A stretch of 64,000 bases of DNA from an uncultured virus (IMG/VR IMGVR_UViG_3300018915_000003) (Duplodnaviria; Heunggongvirae; Uroviricota; Caudoviricetes). The notes beneath the pieces were generated by a model, which made no database searches, was not told the origin of the DNA, and worked only from the letters and a program-made list of their open reading frames with translations. This document shows, piece by piece, positions 1-8,825 of this stretch (the first letter of the stretch is position 1; each line of letters starts with the position of its first letter). The translations under genes were made by a program, and so were the position numbers. The DNA lies in IMG/VR virus record IMGVR_UViG_3300018915_000003, one strand, 5' to 3'.

Positions 1-3000
1 TATACAAAATGCGAGCCGTATACCGTTGAGAACCGTATTAAGAAGCGAGCCATACGCCGCAGAGAACCGACACCCTGAGCAAGCCTAGCCCCTCTGAGAA
101 CCTTTTAGGGATGCGAGCCTTTGCTGCATGAGAACCGACAACAAAAACGAACAAGTCAGCCACTCTGTCATGAGAACCCAGATCAGAAATAGCAAACCAC
201 CCCGTATTGAGAGCCTCCCAGCCATATGAGCCTAAGCGAAGTGAGAACCTTACAAAATAGCAAGCCTCTGCTTATCGAGAACCTAAATCCTCTGCAAGCC
301 ATCGCTGAGAGAGAGCCTCGAGGTAAAAGCGAGCCACTCAACCAAGAGAACCTGTGTAGTGCGCAAGCCGAAGACTCGAGAGAACCTCGAATAGTAGCGA
401 GCCTCAATGTCTAGCGAGCCATGAATACTAGTAGCGAGCCAGAACATATCAGAGAACCGTTCACAGCAGCGAGCCCCTGCCACGAGAGAACCTAAATGGA
501 ATGCGAGCCGATGATCTGCGAGAGCCATACTTTTATGTGAGTCGTGTATTGGAGAGAACCGAAAGAGACAACAAGCAAATAAACAAGCCCATTCCTGCAG
601 TGAGCCAAATAAAAAAGCGAGCCACTCACTACTGAGAGCCATAGGTATTAGCGAGTCATTCAAGACAGAGAACCTCAATATACAACGAGCCTCATAAGCT
701 TGAGAACCTAGAATTTGAGCAAGCCTTCACGGCCAGAGAACCAGACTTCAAAGCAAGCCCTATCGTTAAGCGAACCTAGGTATCTGGCGAGCCGTTAACA
801 ATCGAGAGCCGTATACCAAAGCAAGCCTCTTATCGTTGAGAACCTGGTAAAAATGCAAGTCTCAGATTAATGCGAACCTAGAAAAGGAAATCGAGCCACG
901 ATGTCCAGAGAACCACTTATCGTTGCGAGCCTATTTAGCCCGAGAACCTCAAAAGACAGCGAGCCTTCGAGCTCTGAGAACCGTGTATATTCGTAAGCCT
1001 CAGAGTGTGGAGAGCCTAGAACAAAAGCAAACCATACATTTATGAGAGCCAATTGTATGTGCGAGCCGCTATTTACTGAGAGCCATAGGTACAGGCGAGC
1101 CAGACCAATGAGAGAACCTGAAAACTAAAAGAGCCTGACTAAAACAGAGAACCCGACCAGCTAGCAAGCCACAGACCTTAGCGAGCCAACTCTGAGCGCG
1201 AGCCGATTGCGTCTGAGAACCTCATTAAATAGCGAGCCAATAAAGTCGAGAACCGGAGACTAAAGCGAGCCTTCTATGCATGAGAACCAATGTCCGAAGC
1301 GAGCCAAAAGTTACAGAGAACCTAGTAGGCTAGCGAGCCGTCCTTTCATGAGAACCGTAATAGCTAGTGAGTCGATACGTCAAGAGAGCCAGAGTTTGCA
1401 GCAAGCCGACTACAGGAGCGAACCTTAACTTTAAGCGAGCCATATATTACTGAGAACCTTGTAAGCGTGCGAGCCCCAAGTCTTAGAGAGCCTGGTTAAA
1501 CCGCGAGCCACTTCAGCTGGAGAGCCTGAATCAGAATCGAGCCGTTACCTGTTGAGAACCGTATACCTTTGCGAATCGTACACCACAGCGAACCAATGCA
1601 CCGAATGAATAAATAAATAAACCTTGAAATTATGAGAGCCACGTAAGCGTGCGAGCCAATCCTTTACGAGAACCGAAGAAACATGCGAGCCTATCTTTAC
1701 AGAGAACCAAAAGTCACAGCAAGCCTTTTACAGATGAGAACCTTTCTACAAAGCGAGCCTATAACCTCCGAGAACCTTGGAAAACAGCGAATCGCACCGT
1801 ACCGAGAACCTGAGTCCATAAAGAGCCGTTAAGGAATGAGAGCCATATATAGCGGTGAGCCGCACTAAATAGAGAACCTTAGCCATAAACAAGCCATAAT
1901 TCAGAGTGAACCTTGGGGGTTAGCAATCCGATGCTTCATGGGAGCCTAGTCCACACGAGAGCCTCGTGCCAATGCGAGCCTTTGCCCATAGCAAGCCATG
2001 TTACTTTGTGAGCCATAAACTTATGCGAGCCATTTCTTCGTGAGAACCGTATACCAAAGTGAGTCATAGCTTCTGGAGAGCCTGACATATAAGCAAGCCT
2101 CAGAGTGTAGAGAGCCTAGAACAAAAGTCGAGCCGTTTCCGATAGAGAACCTGATAAATTATGATTGCTACTATACACCGAGCCCATTCAATTCGAGAAC
2201 CTAACTTAAGAGCGAGCCGATATCGCCTGAGAACCTCCATAAGAAGCGAGCCTTTTGCAGGAGAGAACCTCGAATAGTAGCGAGTCTCATACGCTTGAGA
2301 ACCTTAAGATGTTGTTAGCCAATTAATGCAGAGAACCTTGTAACAGAGCGAGCCACGCATGTGAGCGAACCGTCTATCGTAGCGAGCCTGGAGCATTAGT
2401 GAACCTGAAATAAAAGCAAGCCAAGGATACAAGCGAACCACAAATTTCAGCGAGCCATAGTTATGTGAGAACCGGAATTAGTAGCGAGCCATTTACGTCA
2501 GAGAACCTAAGTATAAAGCGAGCCTATGTGATCAGAGAACCGTATTGGGATGCGAGCCTCCTCTATGAGCGAACCTAACGAAGCAGCTAGCCTAAATGTA
2601 ATGCGAACCTCTGCAATTAACGAGCCTAAAAAAATATGAGAACCTGATCTCTGAGTAAGCCTAAAAAGGAAGAGAACCGCCTAAGACCGCGAGCCTTTTT
2701 CATATGAGAGCCTTGAATATGTGCGAGCCATGGTGAAATGAGAGCCGTAAATGTCAGCGAATGATAAAACAAGCCGCGGTCAAAAGAGAGCCTTCAAACT
2801 AAGCTAGCCTTCTCGAAATGAGAACCTGAATTTTCAGCGAGCCGATCTTCGGAGAGAACCTGTATGATTAGCAAACAAACAAGCCGATATTCATTGAGAG
2901 CCATGATGAACCGCGAGCCTGAATGAGTAGAGAATCGTGACGTTTAGCGAGTCTGAAACGATAGAGAACCAAACTTTGTACGAGCCAAATATTTAAGAGA

Positions 3001-3119
3001 TCCTCGGATGCTGGCGAGCCTCTACCTGTTGTGAACCGTGTGAGAAAGCAAGCCTATTGTGGTTGAGAACCTTACCTTGTAGCGAGCCTTGTCCAAAAGA
3101 GAACCTGACGGCTAAGCAA
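1..3119 (+). repeat. TIGR-like dual-repeat guide array: alternating GCGAGCC / GAGAACC repeats separated by ~10-nt variable spacers (34-nt unit, roughly 90 units), truncated by the left window edge
   Basis: GCGAGCC 11-17, N10, GAGAACC 28-34, N10, GCGAGCC 45-51 ... last GAGAACC 3099-3105, N10, GCAA 3116-3119. Variants GCAAGCC, GAGAGCC, GCGAACC, GTGAGCC. The 17-nt period is not a multiple of 3 and there is no long ORF. The array itself is certain; the TIGR identity is inferred from architecture. Confidence 0.85.
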
Positions 3120-3120
3120 C

Positions 3121-3147
3121 TCTTATTATTTTTTATTTTAATTTCTT
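3121..3147 (+). terminator. T-rich tract directly after the array, putative archaeal terminator
   Basis: TCTTATTATTTTTTATTTTAATTTCTT follows the final half repeat and overlaps the stop of the convergent resolvase gene. Confidence 0.45.
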
Positions 3148-3735
3148 CTGATGATAATATCCTTTCTTGATAGCTTTCGACTTAAACGGCATGTCGTAGT
3201 CTTTCAACTTCATATCAACCGTATAGGTACTTCCTGCGGAGGTTTGTATGACTTCGGTTGTTCCGTCGTAATTACACTTGACCGTTGGAAGTGTACCGTT
3301 TGGATTAGCGATCATATCTAGATCTGCTATCTTGTAGTATTCCCTAAGCTCCCTATTCTCATAAACGCGTTGCTTCTTTCTGGTAAAACGCTTCTTGCTC
3401 ATGAACTTAAATGCGAGTATAATGTATCTCTCACGATAGATCGAAAACATCTTTGTGATTAGTTCGCATCTTTCTAACTGGTCAGGTGGTACGTACAGGA
3501 TGTCACCAGCTCCAGATTTAGCTTCTATCGATAATAGAATCGACTCTAGATTGTTAACCGCTACCACATCAGGTAATCCTGTACTACTTCCTCCGAGACG
3601 TCTAGCTTCCCAATAGGTAAGCTTGTTGAATCGTTCTACCAAAGTGTGTTCATAGCTATAGCCTCGATGTCTACGTAATCGGGCGGAAGCCATAGTAGCG
3701 GAGACTGCTTCAATATCGCCTTCTGTTTGAGTCAT
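3133..3735 (-). CDS. Holliday junction resolvase-like PD-(D/E)XK nuclease (archaeal Hjc-like)
   Basis: GxxxE (GYSYE), RRLGGS, PDVVAV and SIEAKS motifs; resembles the resolvase conserved in Nitrososphaerota. Confidence 0.85.
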   Translation of the reverse strand: MTQTEGDIEAVSATMASARLRRHRGYSYEHTLVERFNKLTYWEARRLGGSSTGLPDVVAVNNLESILLSIEAKSGAGDILYVPPDQLERCELITKMFSIYRERYIILAFKFMSKKRFTRKKQRVYENRELREYYKIADLDMIANPNGTLPTVKCNYDGTTEVIQTSAGSTYTVDMKLKDYDMPFKSKAIKKGYYHQKKLK

Positions 3736-3780
3736 TAATGGTTACATAGAAATAATAAAAAGGAAAAAAAGGTTGCGGTG

Positions 3781-4065
3781 TTATTGTTGTCGTTGTTGTC
3801 GTTGTTGGTGCTGGTGTTGTTTATCTTTTGGATCATAATCGGGATTTAAGTCCCTTATATTTTCCATTCTTTGCCATGTCTTAACTAATTCTATTGCGTG
3901 ATCAACTGCTTCTTTCCAAGCTAAATCACCAAGCTCTTGATCACTTCTGCTCAATGTCAACTTGGAATAAAAGCGGGTGCGTCTGAACTCATGGCAATTA
4001 TTATAAAAATTTGCCAGTAGCTCTAAGTCCTTAATCAGTTCATCATCGTGGTTTCCTCTCGCCAT
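3781..4065 (-). CDS. hypothetical protein
   Basis: Tightly packed operon; start moved to ATG 4065, just after the upstream stop. Confidence 0.6.
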   Translation of the reverse strand: MARGNHDDELIKDLELLANFYNNCHEFRRTRFYSKLTLSRSDQELGDLAWKEAVDHAIELVKTWQRMENIRDLNPDYDPKDKQHQHQQRQQRQQ

Positions 4066-4066
4066 A

Positions 4067-4291
4067 TCAACACTTCTCCCTTCCACTTTCTCGATACTCT
4101 GGCATTGCTATCTTCTTTATCACGACTTTGAAATCATTATAGTAGATCACCTCATTGCATCCAGGGCATTTAATATCCGTTCCATGGTACTCATGTTCAT
4201 CACCTCTGGCTATTTCTAGCGCACCCGGCCCAAACAACACACCACATTTGGGGCATTGTTCGAAGACATAAAAGACGGGATAGGCTCCCAT
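4067..4291 (-). CDS. small Zn-ribbon protein
   Basis: CPKC...CPGC; abuts neighbouring ORFs. Confidence 0.7.
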   Translation of the reverse strand: MGAYPVFYVFEQCPKCGVLFGPGALEIARGDEHEYHGTDIKCPGCNEVIYYNDFKVVIKKIAMPEYRESGREKC

Positions 4292-4292
4292 C

Positions 4293-4649
4293 CTAGTCCA
4301 CCCTCACTGTCTCGGTGTACTCTTCCTTATCACGGATCTCTTCACGCTTAGCATCTCCTGCCTTCTCTTCCTCTTCCTGCTTCTTGGTCTTCTTCTTGCC
4401 CTTCTTCTTTTGGCGTTCTCTGTGTATCTTGAGAGCTCTGCTGACTAGTGATGCTAGCTCGCTTGGACTCATCTGCTTCACGACTTCATCGATGTCGTTA
4501 CTGCGCTTCTCCTTGCCCTGCTTGATGGCCTCACGGATAAGTTCATCCGTTATTGGGCACCAGTCGAGCTGACTCTCCTTCTCTTCCAGTGTTAACGAAT
4601 CCCAAATAGTGGGGATGCTCCTGATTTTCTTTCTTGTTTCAAAACTCAA
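4293..4649 (-). CDS. hypothetical protein
   Basis: Operonic, 4-nt overlap with the upstream ORF. Confidence 0.65.
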   Translation of the reverse strand: MSFETRKKIRSIPTIWDSLTLEEKESQLDWCPITDELIREAIKQGKEKRSNDIDEVVKQMSPSELASLVSRALKIHRERQKKKGKKKTKKQEEEEKAGDAKREEIRDKEEYTETVRVD

Positions 4650-5044
4650 ATTCCTATGTCACCTCCACTGAATCCACTTGAATTATTACCACCACCGCCT
4701 CCGTAATTACCGTTTCGGCTACTTGTGCCGCCATTCTGGTCGACCTTGTCGGCCCACTTCTTCATGGCACGGGTAACTCTTCCACCCCCGCCGTCGCAGT
4801 CTCTGTCGAATGTTGCTAGTATGCGTAGGATGTCAGCTGCATCCACGACGCTATTGACTCCGAACTCCTGGGGCTGTGGTGGTTCACCTGGACGCATCTC
4901 AATAAAACTGACCCGTGTGTTGGCTATGTCTTGCGATAGAGCGATCATCTCACAAAGTGCAATCTTGACTTCCCGTGCTTCTGATGGCACTTCGATGGGC
5001 TTGATTGCCCTTTCAGTAGTCTGTGTATTAGTAGACATATCCAA
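4646..5044 (-). CDS. hypothetical protein
   Basis: First gene downstream of a TATATATA divergent promoter (5061-5070). Confidence 0.65.
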   Translation of the reverse strand: MDMSTNTQTTERAIKPIEVPSEAREVKIALCEMIALSQDIANTRVSFIEMRPGEPPQPQEFGVNSVVDAADILRILATFDRDCDGGGGRVTRAMKKWADKVDQNGGTSSRNGNYGGGGGNNSSGFSGGDIGI

Positions 5045-5150
5045 TAGGTTTACTCGACTCTATATATATCTATGTATATTCATATACTTACAGGTGCAAG
5101 TGTAGATATACTTATATTTGGTTATGACATAGGGTTATCAGAAATAAAAT

Positions 5151-5366
5151 ATGGTACGAAGGATTGTAGTGATAGATGACGCATTGGACGACAGGTTCAG
5201 AACCTACGTCGAAAAGCGATTCAAGACAAGGCCAGGCACAATCAGTCTATGCTTCAACGATGCAATTGAGTTATACCTGAATGTGAACGAGCCTCTACTG
5301 GCAACACAACATAAGGAACAGCAGCAAGCGGCAGAAGCGATAGCAACAACACCAACGGCTGAGTGA
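5151..5366 (+). CDS. ribbon-helix-helix DNA-binding protein
   Basis: RRIVVIDDALDDRFR...ISLCFNDAIELYL beta-alpha-alpha pattern. Confidence 0.65.
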   Translation: MVRRIVVIDDALDDRFRTYVEKRFKTRPGTISLCFNDAIELYLNVNEPLLATQHKEQQQAAEAIATTPTAE

Positions 5367-5404
5367 GTGACTAAGTAAACAAGAGGATAGAAGAGTGAAA
5401 AGGC

Positions 5405-5953
5405 TTGATGAGGGAAACAAACGAGCCGATTAACGATATTCACTCCGCACTGAGGTATTTTGTCACTCGTTGTTTGAGGGGGGATGGCAGAATAATCGAT
5501 CAGGTGGACGGAGCTAAAGGTGCGATAGCCTATAGGGTCAGAAACGGCAGGAGCGACATACTCAGGCGGGTTGACCATTATATGATGTTTTTCAAACGTG
5601 AGAATTTGCATTCATTCCAGCATATCTTCCCAGGTATGAAGGGCTCGGGAGAAGGTCAGACGATCAATATGCGGGCATTGAGGAAGGCCGTTAGCAACAA
5701 AGATCATATTGCCATTGTGATGCCAGACGGCTCAGTCTCCATCATTGATGCAGGTATCTGGTTGGACTTTGCAGTCAACAACAACACAATAAGAGTTCCC
5801 TCTACCGAGACCGGTGAGGAAGCTAGTGTTCCTGTTTCGATGTTGGTATCATGGGATACACACCTAGCAGACTGTAATGCGAGCAGAGTATCTACCAGTG
5901 CAACCAAGGGCACACTCGATAACTGGTTTAGTAGTGGTGATAATGAGAAATGA
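5405..5953 (+). CDS. hypothetical protein
   Basis: 182-aa globular-looking ORF in a plus-strand operon. Confidence 0.7.
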   Translation: MMRETNEPINDIHSALRYFVTRCLRGDGRIIDQVDGAKGAIAYRVRNGRSDILRRVDHYMMFFKRENLHSFQHIFPGMKGSGEGQTINMRALRKAVSNKDHIAIVMPDGSVSIIDAGIWLDFAVNNNTIRVPSTETGEEASVPVSMLVSWDTHLADCNASRVSTSATKGTLDNWFSSGDNEK

Positions 5954-6002
5954 ATAGCCTACATTTTTATATTTCAATTCGATATAGGAATCAGTATCGC
6001 TT

Positions 6003-6275
6003 TTGGGTGAAAGACAACAATCGAAACAAACTGACAAAACTAATGTTAAAGCCAGTACCATACGGACAACCATCGACCTGCCTTATGACATATGGGAGAG
6101 ATTCACCATCTACTCACTCAGGAAATATGGGGCCAGACACCGGAATGATTTGCTGGTGGACATCCTCAATGCATACCTGGCTAAGCACTATCATGAGATC
6201 GAGGCCAACAGCGGTATTGGTGGCAAGTGGCACGGCACCGATGATGGTAACAATGATGATGTTAATACTTCATAA
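6003..6275 (+). CDS. ribbon-helix-helix DNA-binding protein
   Basis: IRTTIDLPYDIWERF...NDLLVDILNAYL. Confidence 0.65.
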   Translation: MGERQQSKQTDKTNVKASTIRTTIDLPYDIWERFTIYSLRKYGARHRNDLLVDILNAYLAKHYHEIEANSGIGGKWHGTDDGNNDDVNTS

Positions 6276-6289
6276 CTCCAAGTTCGGGG

Positions 6290-6571
6290 GTGAGTGATTT
6301 GAACTTCGGAATGGCGTTCGATGAGGGCGCAGACGATATTCGGCTCGCGATTAGATTATTAGACCAACATATCGACGTCCTCACCGCCAAACTGAGATAT
6401 CTTACATCATTAACCGAGGATGAACATACCGCACCCTTCTCATGGTCAAACATTTCAAATTGTAAACGAGAACTCGACCAAGCTGCTGAAACAAAAAGAA
6501 GATTGATGAGGGATGGAGGGCTACATCTTAGTGAAGATCTTCTTCCACCCTCTTCTTCATATCATAACTGA
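6290..6571 (+). CDS. hypothetical protein
   Basis: Operonic, helical composition. Confidence 0.55.
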   Translation: MSDLNFGMAFDEGADDIRLAIRLLDQHIDVLTAKLRYLTSLTEDEHTAPFSWSNISNCKRELDQAAETKRRLMRDGGLHLSEDLLPPSSSYHN

Positions 6572-6603
6572 CTGACTATTGAATGATTGACTAATCGACT
6601 CGA

Positions 6604-7071
6604 CTAGAGATCCTCACCACTCATCTCGTGTTGTAGCCGTCTATTTTCTTGTTGCTTTGTCAGGTTGAGATCTAGTATTTTTTCTGTTGGTTCTCTGTCT
6701 ACCTGTCGGACTAGCCTGGGTCTTGGAGTTGTTTCTTCTGGTTGTCTGACGGCTCCATGTACAATTGTGCCTCCTTCAGTTGTTGATGATGATTCTTCTG
6801 CTGGTGGTGGAGGTGGTGTTGGTGGTGACGTTGTTGATGTTGTTCTTGTTGTCCTAGCAGAAGAGGAAGTCCTCTCTACTCGTTGGTCATGCATCTCACG
6901 TCCTATAGTGGCCGGACTGGTAGAGCTCTGTTCTCGTGATTGTTGCTCATCAACTGAGTCTGGTGAGGTTATTCGTCTAGGTGGTGCTGGCTGTTGGTTT
7001 ATGTCCATATCCTCTCCTACTGCTGTCGTTGTTGTTGTCGAACCTTCCTCGTTATTATTTCCTGAACTCAT
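6604..7071 (-). CDS. low-complexity (Thr/Pro/Ser-rich) hypothetical protein
   Basis: MSSGNNN start typical of this genome; last gene of a minus-strand operon. Confidence 0.6.
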   Translation of the reverse strand: MSSGNNNEEGSTTTTTAVGEDMDINQQPAPPRRITSPDSVDEQQSREQSSTSPATIGREMHDQRVERTSSSARTTRTTSTTSPPTPPPPPAEESSSTTEGGTIVHGAVRQPEETTPRPRLVRQVDREPTEKILDLNLTKQQENRRLQHEMSGEDL

Positions 7072-7077
7072 TGTTAT

Positions 7078-7314
7078 TTACGACTGGCCTCCTTCATTAT
7101 TAGGTCTATCGCTATTAATTGCTAGAGTTCTCTTCGCTTTAGACCTCACGACCTGAGGATTATTTATGTTTGTAACGACTGGCCTTATCTTGGGTCTGCC
7201 TGCTGTTGGGTTCTTAGCTGGTTGTCTGGCGGGTTGTGTGCTCGTTGTCGGTGTTATCCTTACGGTCGACGGGCCGGTTGTCTTGACGTTTGGTTTGCCT
7301 CTTGGCATTTTCAT
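7078..7314 (-). CDS. small basic hypothetical protein
   Basis: Fills the gap before 6604-7071 but overlaps the upstream ORF by ~100 nt. Confidence 0.45.
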   Translation of the reverse strand: MKMPRGKPNVKTTGPSTVRITPTTSTQPARQPAKNPTAGRPKIRPVVTNINNPQVVRSKAKRTLAINSDRPNNEGGQS

Positions 7315-7660
7315 TTAATAATTCAGCATGGAGACTTATAAAATCGAACCCATAGAGTTCCCTCAAGTCCTTCATTGCACTCATCAAAGCCTTCTGGTAG
7401 CCCTCAATGGTTTGGATTCTGTTGTTCCAGTGTTTTACCTCAACATGTTTTTGTGTTTTGTCAGCCTCATCTAAAAAGTGCTGCGCGATGTTCCTGTAGC
7501 CTGCAATGCCTTTGTAGACGTAATCGAGCGCCTTGCTTATCGTTGCCTTCTTGGCCTTCTCTGCGTTCTGGTCTTCTATGAACTGATACGATGTTTTAAG
7601 AATGGAGTCAGCTTCGAAGCTAATCTCTTCATAATTATTATTTTTGTTATTGCTACTCAA
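7214..7660 (-). CDS. hypothetical helical protein
   Basis: Operonic ORF, 148 aa. Confidence 0.65.
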   Translation of the reverse strand: MSSNNKNNNYEEISFEADSILKTSYQFIEDQNAEKAKKATISKALDYVYKGIAGYRNIAQHFLDEADKTQKHVEVKHWNNRIQTIEGYQKALMSAMKDLRELYGFDFISLHAELLNENAKRQTKRQDNRPVDRKDNTDNEHTTRQTTS

Positions 7661-7913
7661 GTTCTAACTCCTCTCCCTGTTTCTTTGCTATTTCCAGATG
7701 CTCCTCGCAACTGTAAGCATGACCGTATCGTTTGCTTCCCGCTCGACGTATATCAATTTCATATATTCCTGCTTTCTTGCAAGAGCCTTGCCACCTGTCG
7801 CCCTTCTCATCAACAGTAACGACACCCGTCATATGACACCTAGGCAGATATGGTTCGACGTTTGTTGGTTTGACAATAATCTCGTTACTATTCTTACTGT
7901 CACTTGTTGACAA
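7653..7913 (-). CDS. small Cys/His protein
   Basis: C...C...CEEH; overlaps neighbours by a few nt. Confidence 0.6.
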   Translation of the reverse strand: MSTSDSKNSNEIIVKPTNVEPYLPRCHMTGVVTVDEKGDRWQGSCKKAGIYEIDIRRAGSKRYGHAYSCEEHLEIAKKQGEELELE

Positions 7914-8076
7914 CTAGACTACCTCGAGTTAAAACTGTGCCGTTAGGTGTCATTATACCCAGCAGTTTGTGTTTGGTCTTAAGCCCTGCCTTGAGTTTGT
8001 GCCACTTCTTTGTTCGATTGTTCCAATACATAATAGTGCCGAAAGGAATCTCTTTAGATTCATTTTTTGTTGACAT
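7900..8076 (-). CDS. 58-aa protein missed by the ORF track (MSTKNESKEIPFGTIMYW...LTRGSLVVNK)
   Basis: Translated by hand; fills the gap in the operon. Confidence 0.55.
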   Translation of the reverse strand: MSTKNESKEIPFGTIMYWNNRTKKWHKLKAGLKTKHKLLGIMTPNGTVLTRGSLVVNK

Positions 8077-8509
8077 CTTCTATCTTCTTCTTACTATTCT
8101 TGGGCTTGCTTTTAGGTGCTTCGATTCCAATTATACTGCAGCAACCCAACATGGTCAACTTGACAACTGTGCCCTCCTTCAATCCTCTGGGCAATGCGTC
8201 CGTGGCTATGTCGTACTGTCTGCCGTTGGAGAGGTCGGTAAAGAATGCTTTGTTAAAAGTGTCTATGACCTTACCCTCCATGTCCACTGCGGTATGGTCT
8301 TTCTCGATATGTGAGAACACAGCTTCCACGAATCTGATTTGCACCATGAACACATCGGCGTCCTTGCACCATTTGTATGGAGGGAAGTTTTTCTTACCCT
8401 TGAACGGCTCAATGAACTTCTCACCGACTACCTTGCGCTCGCCCTTTGTGTTGGTCTCCACCACAGGAACTCTAACAGAGAACTTGAATATCTCGCCTGT
8501 CTCAGCCAT
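8060..8509 (-). CDS. hypothetical protein
   Basis: Operonic ORF, 149 aa. Confidence 0.65.
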   Translation of the reverse strand: MAETGEIFKFSVRVPVVETNTKGERKVVGEKFIEPFKGKKNFPPYKWCKDADVFMVQIRFVEAVFSHIEKDHTAVDMEGKVIDTFNKAFFTDLSNGRQYDIATDALPRGLKEGTVVKLTMLGCCSIIGIEAPKSKPKNSKKKIEDVNKK

Positions 8510-8810
8510 TGATATTATTCAACCTCGTCTGGTTTATCAACCTGCGCAGGCATGTCTTGCATAGATTTTCTGGTCTATCATATGGGCCGACTGGATAGAC
8601 TACGGTATCGTTGAGGTAGCATGTGGTACATCGGCCGGGTTGGTCGTTGGGGTAAAAGTCGGCGAGTGTGAACTTATCGATAAGCCTTTTTGATATCTCG
8701 CCTGAGATGCTTGTGCCGGGAAGGGGTAGTTTCGGTGGCCTCTTATGATAGAATCCGGGGTCTATATTGTTGTTATTGTTGTTGTTGTTGTTATTGTTAT
8801 CACCGCTCAT
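8502..8810 (-). CDS. Zn-finger protein with poly-Asn N-terminus
   Basis: CTTC...CKTC. Confidence 0.6.
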   Translation of the reverse strand: MSGDNNNNNNNNNNNIDPGFYHKRPPKLPLPGTSISGEISKRLIDKFTLADFYPNDQPGRCTTCYLNDTVVYPVGPYDRPENLCKTCLRRLINQTRLNNING

Positions 8811-8825
8811 TTTTTTCTATCACTC

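Noticed and set aside
183..1052. Short ORFs within the array (183-407, 226-414, 283-678, 867-1052)
   Set aside because: The 17-nt period breaks codon phase and the translations only echo the repeats.
1..3119. CRISPR array interpretation
   Set aside because: Repeats are 7 nt and of two alternating types, spacers are ~10 nt, and no cas genes are present; incompatible with CRISPR dimensions.
8765..8800. (AAC)n, (CAA)n and similar trinucleotide runs at gene ends and N-termini
   Set aside because: Widespread low-complexity slippage in this genome with no sign of specific function.
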